Assembly (NCBI GenBank): GCA_040357565.1
Contig: JBDODJ010000053.1
Direction: 5' to 3' (one strand)
DNA from: Cercozoa sp. M6MM
Lineage: Eukaryota; Protista; Endomyxa: Ascetosporea
DNA length: 64,000 bases
Part shown: in pieces, positions 1-13,866 of the stretch
Numbering within the stretch: position 1 is the first letter of the stretch
How the letters are laid out: each line of letters opens with the position of its first letter
Notes under the pieces: generated by a model
Seen by the model: the letters and a program-made list of their open reading frames with translations, nothing else
Database searches by the model: none
Told to the model about the DNA's origin: nothing
Program-made: the position numbers and the translations under genes

Positions 1-15
1 GAGAGAGAGAGAGAG

Positions 16-49
<34 letters not shown>

Positions 50-71
50 AAGAGAGAGAGAGAGAGAGAGA
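1..71. repeat. Compound (GA)n(GT)n(GA)n microsatellite
   Basis: Directly visible. Confidence 0.95.
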
Positions 72-1290
72 CTACATGATGGGAGGAGAAGGTTTCGCAG
101 TCTTCTTCTTCTTGACGCGTCTCTTCGGACGCGAGTTCACTTTCGACACGGGGTGCTTGGAGCACATCAGTGCCATCAGCTGTCGCTGCCGCTGGGCAGC
201 CGCGCGTCGGACACGTCCTGGCATCATGCGTTTTGTTGCAGTCTGCAAAACAGATAGAGATGTTGCCTCGATCAGACACAGCAGTATCTCACTGATGAGC
301 ACAGAGTGATCGAATGATCGAGAGCGACAAAACAACTTGAAAACAAAAGGGTCGCTGGTCATGGCCAACAACAAAACCTGGCAGACCACAAAAACGACAC
401 ACAACCCCAAAAACGGACCCTACTCGACTAGTGAGTGCAACGATGGTCTCAAGTGTGGCAGTGTACCGTGTGTTGTCTCTAATGCGTCAAAAGCTTCGCG
501 CGAGTGCTTATGTACCTCAGAACGAACGAACGAAGAGTAGCCGATTTTTTCATCTTCCGCCTGCGGCCTCTAAATGGCTGCCCGGGTGCAAAAGCCCGTC
601 GGATCTTGTGCACTGGCACTGTGGGTACCATACCGCGCCGATCAAGCATTGCGTAGCATTCTTTTCAGGGCGCGTCGTTTTTGCATGGAATTTCTGTGTT
701 GCATTGGGTGTACCGGTGCAAAAAACAAAAACGATCCACCCTTGGCAGCACAAAACGACATTGCTCGTTTCATGCTGCAATTTAGGGAGTGTGAGCATAA
801 TTAAGGAATGTCAGTGCGAATTTGAGTGTGTTCCATTGCTCAACTTGTCTAAACAGTCACAGTCGCGGGTCAAAGATTTTTGACTTTTTGGTGACTCCCA
901 GGTACAATTGTACCGGCTCCTCCCGTCTGTGTCACACATCGTGACTTGTACTGTACTGACTTGTAATGCACATATTGTCCGGGGCTATACTTTGCCCGGT
1001 GACTGCGACTGTCGACAAGACAGCTGAGAATGGATTGTGGTGCATGCGATGTAAAAATATCCCGATCGCAAAGGGAGGCATAATACAACTAACTGTTTGC
1101 ACCGGTAATTGGCTCGATAGGGACTCGCCTCCTCCCCCACTGCCCATCGAATCGACGACTGCGCCAACGTTAACACCACCACACATCCAATAGAACACAA
1201 ACAGGAGCCCTAAAAGAGTAATGCTAGCGAGCACAGCGGCGTCAGCGGCGTGCTTGAGCAGCTCTGGGCTCAGTGAACGGCGGCACCCTA
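72..1290 (-). CDS. Probable partial intron-rich gene of unknown function (runs off the left edge)
   Basis: Minus-strand GT..AG-bounded segments give open peptides such as SSIRWAVGEEASPYRANYR, CLVDSRSHRAKYSPGQYVHY and ESELASEETRQEEEDCETFSSHH, followed by a donor into the (GA/GT)n tract. No recognisable domain, and the exon chain was not fully resolved. Confidence 0.3.
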
Positions 1291-1868
1291 CCCATTAGAT
1301 AGTGTACAGTACGTACACACGGGAGCCGAACGATAAATTTACTGCATCATTCGATTCCCTCACTTCGTCTAATTGACGGCTTACTGTTTGAGTCTTCGAG
1401 GAAACCAGCTATGTAAGTTTTAGTTCCCCTGCACCAGTCTGGGGTGGGTAACAAGAGCATGGCCCTACCGCCTGCTTGGCGTAGGACTATACAACTCCCC
1501 TTTTGACGTTCTCAAGACACCGTAGCCGACTTCATGGTCGGTGCTATTTAGTTCTTTTCACTAACAAAACGTCAGTACCGCAACAGGGAATCCTGCCGTA
1601 TCGTCGGGTAAAATAGTGAGCCCATAAAACTGAGCCTACAAGCAGATATAATGTTGATCAGTATAGCAAGATAGCACGTTTCACTGACCCCCGGTATGTG
1701 CTCTATAAACTCACTAGCCGTGTGCGGAGCATCACTCGCGATCGGGGCGCGTCGAGTGAAAATCAGGTAAATTGGTTGTAAAAAACATGAGCATTTGACA
1801 AATTAGGTTGTAACATCTGCGTACGCATAGATAGTTTTATTTCAGCCGATTGAGTCGACATCGAATGC

Positions 1869-3446
1869 TTACTGGAAGCGACGTCCCGCGTTGTAGGCAG
1901 ACCGCGCGGTGTCGGGGTTCTCTTGCGCCCAGCGAGCCGCCTTGACAGCCATCTGAGCAACCAGGGGTCAATCCAAAGCACTCACACAAATACAAGGAGC
2001 ACGACGCAAGCGTACGCCGGGATTGCGCACGGCAAAGTTGACGGCGGCACTGGCAAAGTCGGCGTCGGCGGCGTCGTTGTTGCCGCGACTGGCGGACTGG
2101 TTGCGCGGAGGGGCACTGTCACCGCTGCTGACACTAGACAGATCGGCGGCATTGCACATGTACCTGCACAAGCACAAAGCATGCACAGGGGGTTTCTACA
2201 ATATACATGGGGGTCGAAGGCAAAGGCTACTCGTCGATGGGCACACCGCGGGTCAGCATCGGCTGCATCTGCAGCGAGTGCTCGTGCTGCTTGAGTGACA
2301 GTGCCGTGCGCAGTCGCACCTGTCGCAGTTTGGTGAGTTTAGACAACACACCAGGACTCTCTTATATCTCAAGCTGGAAACGGGAGAGGGGTACCATGCA
2401 GACCACTGCGTGATCAAGTACCTGCACAATACACACTTGTACAACAGCAACACTTAGATACAGTCACCTCGGAAAACTCACTTGTTCACGGTCATCCCAG
2501 GTCTGCTGGAGGGTCTGAAAGAACAATCACACACAACATAACACACACGGGGGAGAGGAGAGAGAGGAGAGAGAAGGAGATTGCACAAACACACTGACAA
2601 AATAGAAACCGACCTCCTTGGTCTGCGCAGTGAAGCGGTTGAATTCTTCCTCAGCCGCGCGGAATTTCTCCTGGTTCCGGTCTGCCCTCGGAACACACAA
2701 CAGCACTCCTCTTGAAGAGGTAACCTTGTGCAGCAACATGCCCAGAGAGAGTACCGAGTTTCATGTGATGCTCAGCCTCGATTGAGCCGGTCTGCAGCTG
2801 CTGGATCTTTCGCTTGTAGTGGTCGAACTCGAGGCGTTTCTTCTCTGTGTCAACTCAATACACACACACACACACATGTGCACACACACACATGTGCACA
2901 CACACACATGTGCACACACACACATGTGCACACACACACCTCTCTCGGCGGCGACTTCGAGTGCCCTTTCGGCGACGCCTCGCAAGGTGGCCAGTGGCGT
3001 CAGCACGTTGCTCCGAACGGTGTCGACGTAGGGCGACAGGATGTCGCGCCGAAGCGAGTGCTGCGAGTCGCGGTAGGCGTCCACGGTGCGCACAAAGTCC
3101 GAACCGTGCTGTGTGTAGAACTGCGACAGTGCCGCCGCAGTCTCCTGCGACACTGTGCTCACGTCGCCGAGGTGCTGCAGCGACTTGTCGATCGACTTCT
3201 GCAGCGACTTTACCAGCTTGAGCATGTCCTACCAAAGCTCCTATCCATCTACCCAATCTCACACCCCCCTCCCGCCACACAATGTGCGACACCTTGATCT
3301 GTCCAAGCAAACGGTCATATTCCTCGTCGACTGTGATTGACGCTTTGGCGAAGTTCTCCTGTGCGCGCAGCTTCCACGAGCGCTGCCAATCAAATCATGT
3401 TTCGCTCAAGATCATTGCATCGCATGTTCGAGAGTACCAAACTCAT
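1869..3446 (-). CDS. BAR-domain (amphiphysin/Rvs-like) protein, spliced
   Basis: Spliced: MSL|RSWKLRAQENFAKASITVDEEYDRLLGQIK|DMLKLVKSLQKSIDKSL...NVLTPLATL...EKKRLEFDHYKRKIQQL...RNQEKFRAAEEEFNRF...SAYNAGRRFQ*. The T-D-E-Y N-terminus and RLxFDHYxxK helix are typical of N-BAR domains. Confidence 0.7.
2859..2939. repeat. Intronic minisatellite (CACACACACATGTG)-like x4
   Basis: Directly visible in a BAR-gene intron. Confidence 0.9.
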
Positions 3447-3650
3447 TTAAAGGTAGTTTTCAACAAGATCAAGTTGCTCTAATCTCAACTCGAAACGAGA
3501 AAACTGCCCCACCTCGGCCAACGGTACCGATTTTGGACTGGAGAACATACTGTAGCCATATTGCCAGCAACGGCGTTTATAGCTTGTTGGACGTGCTCAC
3601 ACTGATTCCTTGGGTGCTGAGTATTTGGGGATCGCAACAGTTAAACCAGA

Positions 3651-4823
3651 ATGAAGTTGCTTGCACTGCTGGCGAGTCTGGCCTCTGTTCTGGGCCAGGT
3701 GATTACGTTGGACGATTCGTCGTTCGAGAAACAAACCCAGGCCGCCACGGGCGCCACGACGGTACCGTATTTTGTCCGTTTGGACAACCGTGTCTAGTTT
3801 CAACGATTTGCGTCTGTGCAGGGCGACTGGTTCGTGAAGTTCTACGCTCCGTGGTGCGGCCACTGCAAGCACCTCGCTCCCAGTAGCGTTTCCTGCCTGC
3901 CTCTGCCTCTCTGTCTGCCTTTTGCCCCTGTGTGGAACTGTGCATGTGCTTTTATGTTCCTGTGCAGCTTGGGAGGAGTTCGCCAAGGAGAAGAGCGACG
4001 AGCTGAAGGTCAACGTGGCCAAGGTGGACTGCACGAGCAACCGCGCCACGTGCAAGCGCTTCAACGTGCGCGGCTACCCGACGCTTGTGTGTACTCTGTC
4101 CTCGGTGTCCCCCTTATCCAACTAATGCTAGAAGAGTACCCCAGTGTCTGTGCAGTCATGAAGGAGGGCGTCATGTACAAGTACCAGGGACAGCGCTCGA
4201 TTGATGCCTTCTCCAAGTTCGTCGAGGGCGGCTACGAGAACTACAAGGTGTGGTCCCACCCCTTGCCTTTCGATAGAGGGTACTGCAGATATTTCTCTTG
4301 GTGTTTGACAGGGCGTTGAGGTGCCGAACGAGTTGCCTGCCTCTGCCATGGCCACGTCGATCCTGGTACACTGCTGTCAGCAGTCTCGCTTTTATGCTGA
4401 TGACTGAGTGAGTGTACGCATGACAGGCTGACCTCAAGTCGCAACTGACCGCCCTCGCTGTCGTAAGCTTTCCTCCTTGACTTCTGTGTGAAAGCATGTG
4501 TCTAACTGGACTGCACACAGGCCCAGCCGATGGTGTTCGCTGCCGCTGCTGCTGCCGTCATCGTGTCGATCCTCGTACGTTCCAACTTCCAGTCAAAGTA
4601 TGCTCCTGTGTATGAGAAAGAATTGCTGCCTGCAGGTGATCCTGTCGCTGCTGGTGTCGCTGTGCACCACCCCGCGTGAGAAGCCGGAAGTCAAGGAGGA
4701 GGAGCAGGTAGAGCACCCCGTCTATTGTGCCGTCATATTGCGAGTGCGTGAGCCTATATTGATTGCACCTGTCTCCTGTAGCTTCCGGAGCCGAAGAAGG
4801 AAGAGGCCAAGAAGGAGGATTAA
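3651..4823 (+). CDS. ER membrane thioredoxin (TMX/PDI-like), spliced
   Basis: Signal peptide MKLLALLASLASVLG, then [36 protein letters not shown]...VNVAKVDCT...RFNVRGYPTL. Hydrophobic C-terminal segment and terminal AKKED* (KKxx-like ER retrieval motif). Confidence 0.9.
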
Positions 4824-5197
4824 TCCACTGCGACGGCACTCTGTATCCCGACCGTCAAAGACCCCGTGGCACACCAAGCACAGCCAACTTCGGTCTCCGC
4901 TCGTGCGCGGCGGTCGACGGCGTTCCTATCGACTTTTCGGTTTTTGTTTTATAGTTGAGTCTACTACATGATACTCAGTCCATATCGTGGTTCTTGCAGT
5001 CCGAACCCAGAAATGGTGTCCTTTATTTTATCCTGGCTTCGGCAGGTGAAGTTAAAGGCGCATCGCCATGAGCGAACGCGTGCTTGTACTTTTGCTGACT
5101 GATCCATAGCACCCCACAGATCTTATAAGGTACCTTGTGTAGCGAATCTTTTTTGCTATTCCAATCCCGATTTTGACTCAACTCAGCAGGCGAAAGC

Positions 5198-6618
5198 ATG
5201 AGCGCACGGCAGCTGTTCTCGTCGATCGCACGGAGTTTATCACAAGAAGTCACACAAAATGTGGTACGCTTGTTTGATCTCCTCTAAGCAGCGACACCAG
5301 TGTTCCATTTCTGTGTGTCAGGCATTCTCGTCGGTGGGCACGCAGGAGCAGCGACAGATCCGGCGTGCCGAGGTCGACGCGCTGCGTTTGCTGAAAGCGC
5401 TGGAACGACAAGTGACTGCTCGCGGCGAGCGTTCTCCGCAACAGACAGAAGGCGCCCGGCAGCGCTTGGTACAGCTGCGCAAGCTAGTCAACGAGCTGCA
5501 GCACGTCGAGGCACAGCGTGAGGTACTGTGGCCTGACACATGTAAGGATACGTGAGAAGATGAAGCACTGCAGAGAGAGGCAGAACGCACGCTGTTGGAC
5601 GAAGATGACGTGTCGCTGATGACGCAGAAACTGCGCGTGCTGGAGGCCGTGCTGTGTCTGGCCGCCGACTGCGGCGCTGGCGAGGCGCGTTTCGGCGCGC
5701 GGCAGCTGCCGTCGCTGCGACGCGAGTACGACGTGGCCTCCCAGAAACCGCGGCCTTCCATGCGACCACAGGGTGCGTATTTTCTGTATTACTACATGCC
5801 TGCTTGTATACTTGGGATATATTGTTTATCGTACATTGTTGTACATTGTTGGACACTGTTACATGTTGTCTGTTGTATTTAGCTGTATGTTTGTTGTATG
5901 TTTGTGGTATTTTTGTGGTATTTTTGTTGTACGCACGCGCGCAGAAGAGAGCGTGATTCTCGAGCACCGTGGTGCGCGAGCCAAGCGTGTGCAGCGGCAG
6001 CTCTTCGCTTCGTCAACCGACACTGCCGAAATCGAAAAAGACAGCGACAGCGACAGTGTCGACAAGACAGAGTCGAAGCACTCAAAAGACGACTGGCGAC
6101 AGTGGCGCAAGGACTACCGCACGCGACGGAAAACCGCCGCTGGCAATGTGCAGGGTACTCCAACTCATGTCATGTGTCTATGTCAATGTGTATATGTCAA
6201 TGTGTATATGTCAATGTGTCTGTCTATGTCAATGTGTCTTTGTATACAGGCGAGGAAGACGAAGCACTCGTGGCCGACTTGGTGTCGCACTCGTCGGCAC
6301 TGCGCGACGCGGTGCACTCCATCCGCACGCAGCTGCAGCAGGACGCTGTTGTACGCGACGAAATCACGGCCGAGACTATGCGCATCGAGGATCAGCTCAA
6401 GCGTGCCAACACGTCGCTGTCTGTACATTTCCCTTGCTTCCTGTTGTGCCTTGCTTCCCTGTTTCTGCATTGTGGAGGTTGTATACTGTACACTGCAGGA
6501 GTACTCGGCGCGTCGCTGCTCGCTGGACTGCTGGACACTGCTGCTGCTGCTGGTCTCGATCGTCATGTTCATCGGCACCTACCTGCTCATTCGACTCATA
6601 CCCAAGCCGGCATCTTAG
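5198..6618 (+). CDS. USE1: Qc-SNARE USE1-like protein, spliced
   Basis: N-terminal RRAEVDALRLLKALERQ, SNARE-like coil (EDEALVADLVSHSSALRDAVHSIRTQLQQDAVV...), tail anchor CWTLLLLLVSIVMFIGTYLLIRLIPKPAS*. Confidence 0.75.
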
Positions 6619-7033
6619 TTTTTGTCTCGTCGTGTGTCTACTGTAGTAGTAGTTCAGTCTATTTCGACGCAACACAAGATCTAGAGTTGACTGCACGCGA
6701 CGACAAGCGAAGACGAGCGTACAGGTCGGTGTCTAGCGCGCGTGTCGACGAAATCGGCAGCGAAAGCATCGCACACACGCGACGATTCATTTCGTCGGCG
6801 CAGCGCTTCCTTTCTGTTGTCGGGCAGTTCAGAAAACACAAATTATGGTTTCGTTTGGTGTGATAACCAGACCAGCTATAGCTCTCTCAATCAATTGGCA
6901 GCTGGTCGGTACACACTGAGCCCGGGAGCTTCAGCCAAGGATCTCTAGTTGGACAGAGATACGCGCTTACGCAAAAAATTTCTGAGCCGAACTTTGCTAC
7001 GCTCGGCTATCCGAATTTCCCGTTCGATTAGCG

Positions 7034-9057
7034 TTAATTCGTCACGGTGACGACCGACCACGGCAGCGTGGTTTCGGCAAAGAGCGGCACAACGACAGAG
7101 TCGCCGAAGGGCAGCTGCGCCGGCACCGCAAACTCTTCCCGACGCAGGGTGACAGTGCCGTCCTGGTGTCCCAGCAGCAACCAAAACGTACCGCACTGTG
7201 TGAAGACAGACACAACTGCAACAAAAATACCGAGGACTGCGAGCGCGGCATGCCGTAGAAGTCAGCACCATTCTCGCACAGGAATGCACGCAGCTTCGCC
7301 TGTCCCTCCTGTGTCGACAAGTCCACTCCTGTTTTGCACACAGGTAAAATACAGAGAAGATGGCAAAGCAAGAAAGGATACCGGCCTGTTCGAAGGCAGT
7401 GGCGTACAACTGCAGAGCAAAAGGAGCGCTAAAGCAGCCGGCGCTGCAGCAGGACCTATCGAACACACAAACAAACAATCTCGAACTGCCAGTCTGGATC
7501 GATTCGACCAAAGTACGCGAGTTTGCGTTCGATCGGATGAGGAGCCGAGTCAGTGCCTGTTGTCAGATATATGACATCTTCATTTTGCAGGTACCGCTGA
7601 AGACTTAGTTACCGGCAAAGAACTTCTTGTTGCCGGAACGGATCACTGTAGTTTACATCATAAACACAGCTGTTCGAAGACAATAACAAGGAAATGAAGA
7701 GCACCTTCCTGCAGGGCTTGGCGGTCTTCGTTCGTCTTGAGCACGGGCAAACTGCGATCACGAAAAGCATGTGAAGGAATCCCTTTCACTTCACTGTCCA
7801 ATGACATCGGAGTACCAATAACGATGCGGTCGCAGGCCGCCCACAAACAGGTCGCTTCGCGTCAGTCTGCAGGGACATTGGCCATTCAAAGACAATTGAG
7901 AATGAAGAGAAAAACAAAAGTACAGCAGGTGCTGCGGCGTCAGGGTAGCCGCCACGTTTGGTCCTTCTGCTTGCGTGCAGTATGAGTAGACTAGCGCACA
8001 CTCACAGGAAATGTACGCGCGTTCACAAAGTCAACAGCAGCCTTGGTTGTGCAGTGCTCAACGACCACCTGTGCTCGCAGATCACCAAAAGCAGGACAAG
8101 TGAGCGCGAATCGGCAGGCACCTTCAGTTGCGGGTGACGCTGCACGACGCCTGTGAGGACAGTTTCGATAAAGACACGCTCGCGATCGAACAGGTCCACC
8201 GACGGCGTAGTCACCTGTCAAACAATGCCAAGTTCTCAAGCAGACTGACACCAGACCTAACAAGGTAAACCTCAGCGTGCACGAGGAGCAGCAAGCCGTG
8301 TTGTGCCATCGCGTCCAGCACACCTGTGATACCGATCACGGTGCCGTGCACATACACTAAAAGAGAGCCCTACCACGAGTAGACAGTGCCTCGACGTCGG
8401 TCACACCTACAGCAACGTTCGAGTGCCAATGACAAACATGCATAAAAGGAGAGGCGAAAGCACCCGAGGAAGAGTTGGTGGTGGCGCCACTCGGGTACAG
8501 TTTGCAAGCAACCACTGCAGACACGACACAAATCTATTCAACAAACACAAGCACAGCAACAAGAAACACCGCCATGCTGATTGGCCTCGGCAATATCCTC
8601 TGGTGTGGTTTCGTCCGTCAGGTACAACGACATCAGTGGCGTGAACGAGTCCTTTGTCTGCACAAACTCAGCAGAGTACTCGTGTGTGTCTTGTGCAATG
8701 TACGTGCTCAAGGATGCGTTGCTTGTAGGCCAGGGCATCTTGTGCTGTTTACAAGATCGTAAAGCACAAGTCTGAAGCACAAACGGTTGAACTGAAAGCA
8801 CCGTTGCGCACTGGCGGACGCAGGTTCGGCATAATCTGCATCCATCAAAATAGTGCTGTCATAGGCAATTGGGCGCAGCATGAAGCCAACCAGGGCACGG
8901 CCAAAGTACTTTGCCGTCAGAGGAGCCACATCGCGCATCTAGCAGCAAAACAACCACAGGACAAGTTCCGACCGCTTGATCATAACGAACAAGGTACACG
9001 ATCGCCGTCGCGAACGTGCAAGTGCAAGTCGTCCGGTCGCGGCAGCGTTATTTCCAT
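7034..9057 (-). CDS. pyrC: Dihydroorotase, stand-alone E. coli PyrC/yeast Ura4 type, spliced
   Basis: MEITLPRPDDLHLHVRDG, IMPNLRPP, FTPLMSLYLTD, KLYPSGATTNS, VVVEHCTT, FFAGTDSAPH, LRAFLCENGADFYGMP, VVPLFAETTLPWSV. Confidence 0.93.
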
Positions 9058-9338
9058 ATCCGTTTTCAATTACAACTAATAAAGGTTATCGGACAGTTTG
9101 AAAGCAGTGATTTGCGGCCCTGTCAGCAAAAATACAACGCGCCTTTAAATTTGAGCTGTAGCCAGCAAGGTTTCCGCTTCCTGCTTCTTCTGCTTTTCTT
9201 TCAGCAGTCCAGACGCGTTCAAAAAGCACTGAACTTTTGTTTGGTTGTTTGAACACGTCAGAGCATCATAAAATTGCAAAAGCTCCGGTTCCTCTGTCTG
9301 ACCAGCGACAATCTGCCTGGAAATCCTGCGACACTATC

Positions 9339-12300
9339 ATGTCGCACGAACAATATTACGACGACTGGTGGACCGAAGAAGATGCGCTGGTGCCTTTCTC
9401 GTTCGACATGTTTTCCTTTGTCTTGTATACGAATACTGGGGTCTGTGGGCAGGCAGCAGTCGAGAGAGGCACAGCGATCCGCGGAAAACTTCGTATCAAC
9501 GCCAAGAACCCACTAAAGGCCAGTTTCGTTGGGCACAGCGACCCACGATACAACCGCGATGTCTATTTGGCTGGTTTGCTGTTTCTCGCTCTGCCACTTT
9601 TGGCTCGTTTACCTTCCGTTGTCCAGATTTGAAGGCGCGGAATCGTGCCTGTCATCACGATGAAGTTATTGTTTCGATCTCTCAGTGGCTGGAGTCTCCT
9701 GTTGGTACGTGTTGCGCTCTGTACTATGTAACTGAATTACCACCCGTCGCAACAGGTCAGCAGCCCCGTGGCCAAGTGGTTTACATTGCAAAACGCCACC
9801 GATTGTATTTCTCATCCTGTGTCGCAGAGATTTGATCTGTTCATGGCAATTATTCAGTGCGGAGGAAGGTCTGGGACGCATGTTCGGCCGAATTGAAAGT
9901 TTCACAAATGACGCAACTTTGACTACGGTGTGTTCTTAATGTGAGTGAGTGATAAGGATTGAGTGATAAGGATTGGATCGAATCTTGTCGTAGAGCAATT
10001 ATGCAAGGTTTCGCCCACTTCTGCAGACTGCACCGCAGGCCGTCGTTCCTGTACTTTCGTTTATTTTTCCGTACGCGTCGGTTTTTTACGATTGCCATCA
10101 TTGGGGCAGGTCCGTCAGTTGCCGAAGGAGTACGCAACTGATCCAAATTCTGACAAGAACAAATTTTTGGTGGCTGAAGTTCAATACTGCGACTGGACTC
10201 CCGAGAGTCGGTGTGTTTTGTCAACATAGCTACATTCATGTGCAGAATAAAATGTTTTATTTTTCCCTCAGTTGGCCGAAAGCCAATTTTGTTCGAATGG
10301 CCGGAAATGTTGGTACTCGCTTCTGCTCGCTTTCAGATGTTGATGCTAGTTTTATGCTTAATTGTGACAGGCGACATCGATACGGAAACCGACATACTTC
10401 TCGCGATGCACCAGGTATCATCTAACTTGCCCATTCTCTGGTATGCCCGTATACGACTCCTTTGGTTGGCAGATCGACTGGACAGAGACCTTTCCGCCAG
10501 AAGTTGTTGATCAGGGTTTGGCATTGCTCTTGCTCGAGTTGGTTACTATTTTACGCAATTGTATCTAAATAGTGAACGCGTACTCGGAACGGTGGGAGAT
10601 TCCTGCCGAAGAATTCGAAAACAGATGGTAAACTTTCGCAAAATACCACCTTTTGAGCCGTTATCCTGTGCCTGCAGCGACCTTCGCGACATGTCTATTT
10701 TCACCATCGACCCGCCCACTGTATCTTGGCACTTTCGCTTCACTTGAAAATATCTCTCTGTTTTTTAACGGCTAGGCTCGTGACTTGGACGATGCGCTTT
10801 CCATTGTATGATAGCGCCCTGTCTACGCATCACCATGCGATATAAATCTGTATTTATATTGTACAGAGACGAATCTCGGGCACGCGAGTCGAGCTCGGCG
10901 TGCACATTGCTGACTTGACGTACTTCATGCCACTTCAATCGCCTGTACCGCTTCATATTATGTCTTTCGTTCAGTGTTTTTCTTTTTATCTTGATGCACG
11001 CAGCTGGACAAGGAGGCAGCCAAGCGCGCCACCACCGTTTACCTCGTGCAAAAGAACATTCCGATGGTGCCGCGTGTGCTATGTGATCTGCTGTGCTCTC
11101 TGCACCCGCACGTTGACCGGTACTTAAGCTCATATGCATGCCAAGCACAATGCCCGATACGTTCCTTTGCTTAGACTGGCCGTCTCGATGTTTGTCACGT
11201 GCGACCTCAAGTAATCTACCTATGTGCCTACGTTGAACGCGAAGTATTGTTTGTCTGCTACGAAGGACGGGCGAGGTTGTTGGCGAACCGTGGTTTGGCC
11301 GTTCGATCGTATTATTCATTTGTTTCAGTGACACTTGTGTGTTGAAATTTTCAAACTGGGTAGATCCGTTCAAGGGTCAAGTTGGATTACGAAACGGCAC
11401 AGAAACTCATCGATGACACAGTACATTTAACGTTCTATTCTGGTCTCTTTATTACGCTCCTGTCCTGGCAAACAGGAGATGACGCAAGAGGAACGATCAA
11501 AATTCGAGGTAGCTTACTTGATGAAAATGAAGGAAGAACAGTGCTCAACGAACTTTTCAGCGAAAGGAGAACGACGAAACTGCAACTTTCGCTGTTGATT
11601 GGCCTCAGGTATTCTTGGAACCGATTGCGCACCGCGGTGTTGTCTGACTTGCTTGTTTAGATTGCAAATGCGTGCAAACTGATGCATCGACTGGCCGTGG
11701 TGTTGCGGCGCAATCGTTTCCAGGGGTATCCAACCATCGCTTTTCCGTTTGCATATCCGAAAACACTATTTGCGCTTTTCCGTTTGCAGTGGTGCGCTTG
11801 CGCTGGACAATGCCGAGATCAAGTTCAAGCTCAACGATGAGGGTATTTATATTGCGTTGTGTACAGGTTGTGATTGGCACTTTATGTACAGGTCTGCCGT
11901 GTGAGGTGACGGACTACCCGATCTTCGAGTCCAATCACCTTGTTGAGGTATTCCGTGACAGATGCGCTCGAACGTACCACTTTTATGCCTGCTTTGATTT
12001 ATTCCATAGGAATGCATGCTATTGGCTAACATGTGCGTCGCCAAACGTCTCAAGGCCAAGCTGCCTCAGCGTGCTTTGCTCCGGTTAGTCATTTTGTGTA
12101 CGAAGGACACACACTTTTTGACTTATTCTGACTTGACGTGTGTGCAGACGCCATCAGCCGCCGAATCCGCTGGGCATTCGCAAGATGCAGGATTTGCTGA
12201 AGGTAGCATGTGCCACTGCTGCTCCTGCTGTTTGACACATCAACGTATGTTTGCCTGATCAGATGATCAATCTGAATGTCGACTTTGGCAGTGCGAAAGC

Positions 12301-13866
12301 ACTGTCCAACTCATTGCACAAACTTGAGGTACTACTTTTGACTGCCGCTTCTGCTTTCAATGTGATTTTGGAGGATGTAAAAACAGAACCTTCCTGCTTT
12401 GAGCGGCCACGTGCGTGTGCGCTCACTTGTCGAATTCCTGCTGACGACACCCATGCAGCAGGTACGACTCTCTTTGTCATTTTTGCTGAGATAAACGCTT
12501 GCGTCTTAGGCCGAGTACGTTTGCTTCGGCGCCACGAACGCAGAAGGCGTACCTTAAGTCGTGTTGCCTGTGTATGCCGTACAGACACCTATGTTTAGGA
12601 GGAGATGGATGAGTCCAGTGTGCGACACTATGCGCTGAACACTCCTGTACGTTTGATGTGCAGCATTTGGTGTGCTTCTGTTTCTGTTCATCCCATATCT
12701 TTAGTTGTACACGCACTTTACTTCGCCAATTCGACGCTACGCGGACGTCCTCGTTCACCGGGTACAGCTCGTCGTACCTGTGTTAGGGGATGTGTTTACG
12801 TGCTAAACTGCAGTCGCTGTTGTACACCGTGAGTGACCAGTCGGAGAACGTTGACGAGGTGCTTGATCTTTTCGTCTGCATCTGTTTGTGTCACGTTGAG
12901 GTATATGCGCAGGTCGTGGCGTCGCCACAAAGAATGCAGGCCCAAGCAGACAACTGCAATTACCGCAAGATGAACGCTGATGCCGCGCAAATCCAAAGTA
13001 CGCGTGTCCCCTACTTCGCGTCTAAGAAATACCGATTTTTGACTCTGTGCAGGCAATGAAGTGTTCTTGCTTTCGCTGCTGTCTGCGCGTCCCCTGCGAC
13101 AGTTTGGTGTCCTCACCGATATTGGGTATATTTACCCTTTTTCTGTATTGTATCTTGCGTGAGATGCATGTTTGCCGCAGACCAAAATCGTGCACTATCG
13201 CGTTGCCCGATTTCGCGTTGCTCAAGCGTGTCAAGTCTGTTTTTTTTTTTTTTTTTTTTTGTTTGTTGGCATGCTTTGTGCCAACTTGAAATTTCGCAGG
13301 TTTGATGACCTGGCACGATGGACGCGTGAAGGTGACGTCCCTCCGCTTGATTACGCGCAGGTTCTGTACGATGGTGAGCCATCGTCGATGAACGCAGGCA
13401 GTCACAGCACGAGCGCGAGCAGCTACAGCACCAGAAGTACGGCAGTTGTATTCTTTCCCTGTGCGTGGAAGATCATGTTTCCGTGCTCGCAGGCAAGAAA
13501 CAGGACAAGCGTGGTCGCGACAAGGGCAGAAGCAAGAAGTCGAAACCGACTCCCGCTGAGGCGCATGCCAACGCAAAGGGTGTTCCACACTTCAACGATG
13601 CCTGTGTTGTTGTCTGTATACGTGCCATATGCGTCCGCGCAGAGGAGAAAGAGGTTCGCAAGCAACTGCAACTCGTTTTCGTCGACGGTACTGAGCGTCG
13701 CGTCGACATTATGGGTTGGCCACAAGTCTCTGCATTTTGTGCTGTGTTGTGTTGAGGTGTGTCCCTTTTGTACATTGGCTATTGGACTGCAGGCGTGTTC
13801 CCCGTACTGTTGGGATGCCAGCCGGGTGTTCCGATGACCATGAGTATTGCGCCGCTCAAGAATTAG
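9339..13866 (+). CDS. DIS3L2: DIS3-like exoribonuclease 2 (RNase II/R family), spliced
   Basis: CSD1 [11 protein letters not shown]...[13 protein letters not shown]; RNB catalytic motif IFTIDPPT|ARDLDDALS; [10 protein letters not shown]; [29 protein letters not shown]; ESNHLVE|ECMLLAN; LLR|RH; HYALN; [18 protein letters not shown]. No PIN domain seen. Almost invisible in the ORF track. Confidence 0.9.

Noticed and set aside
1505-1548. tracrRNA-like GTCGGTGC hairpin
   Set aside because: Only a short chance match, with no supporting context.
12796-13775. Minus-strand ORFs resembling a membrane protein
   Set aside because: Antisense shadows of DIS3L2 exons and introns.
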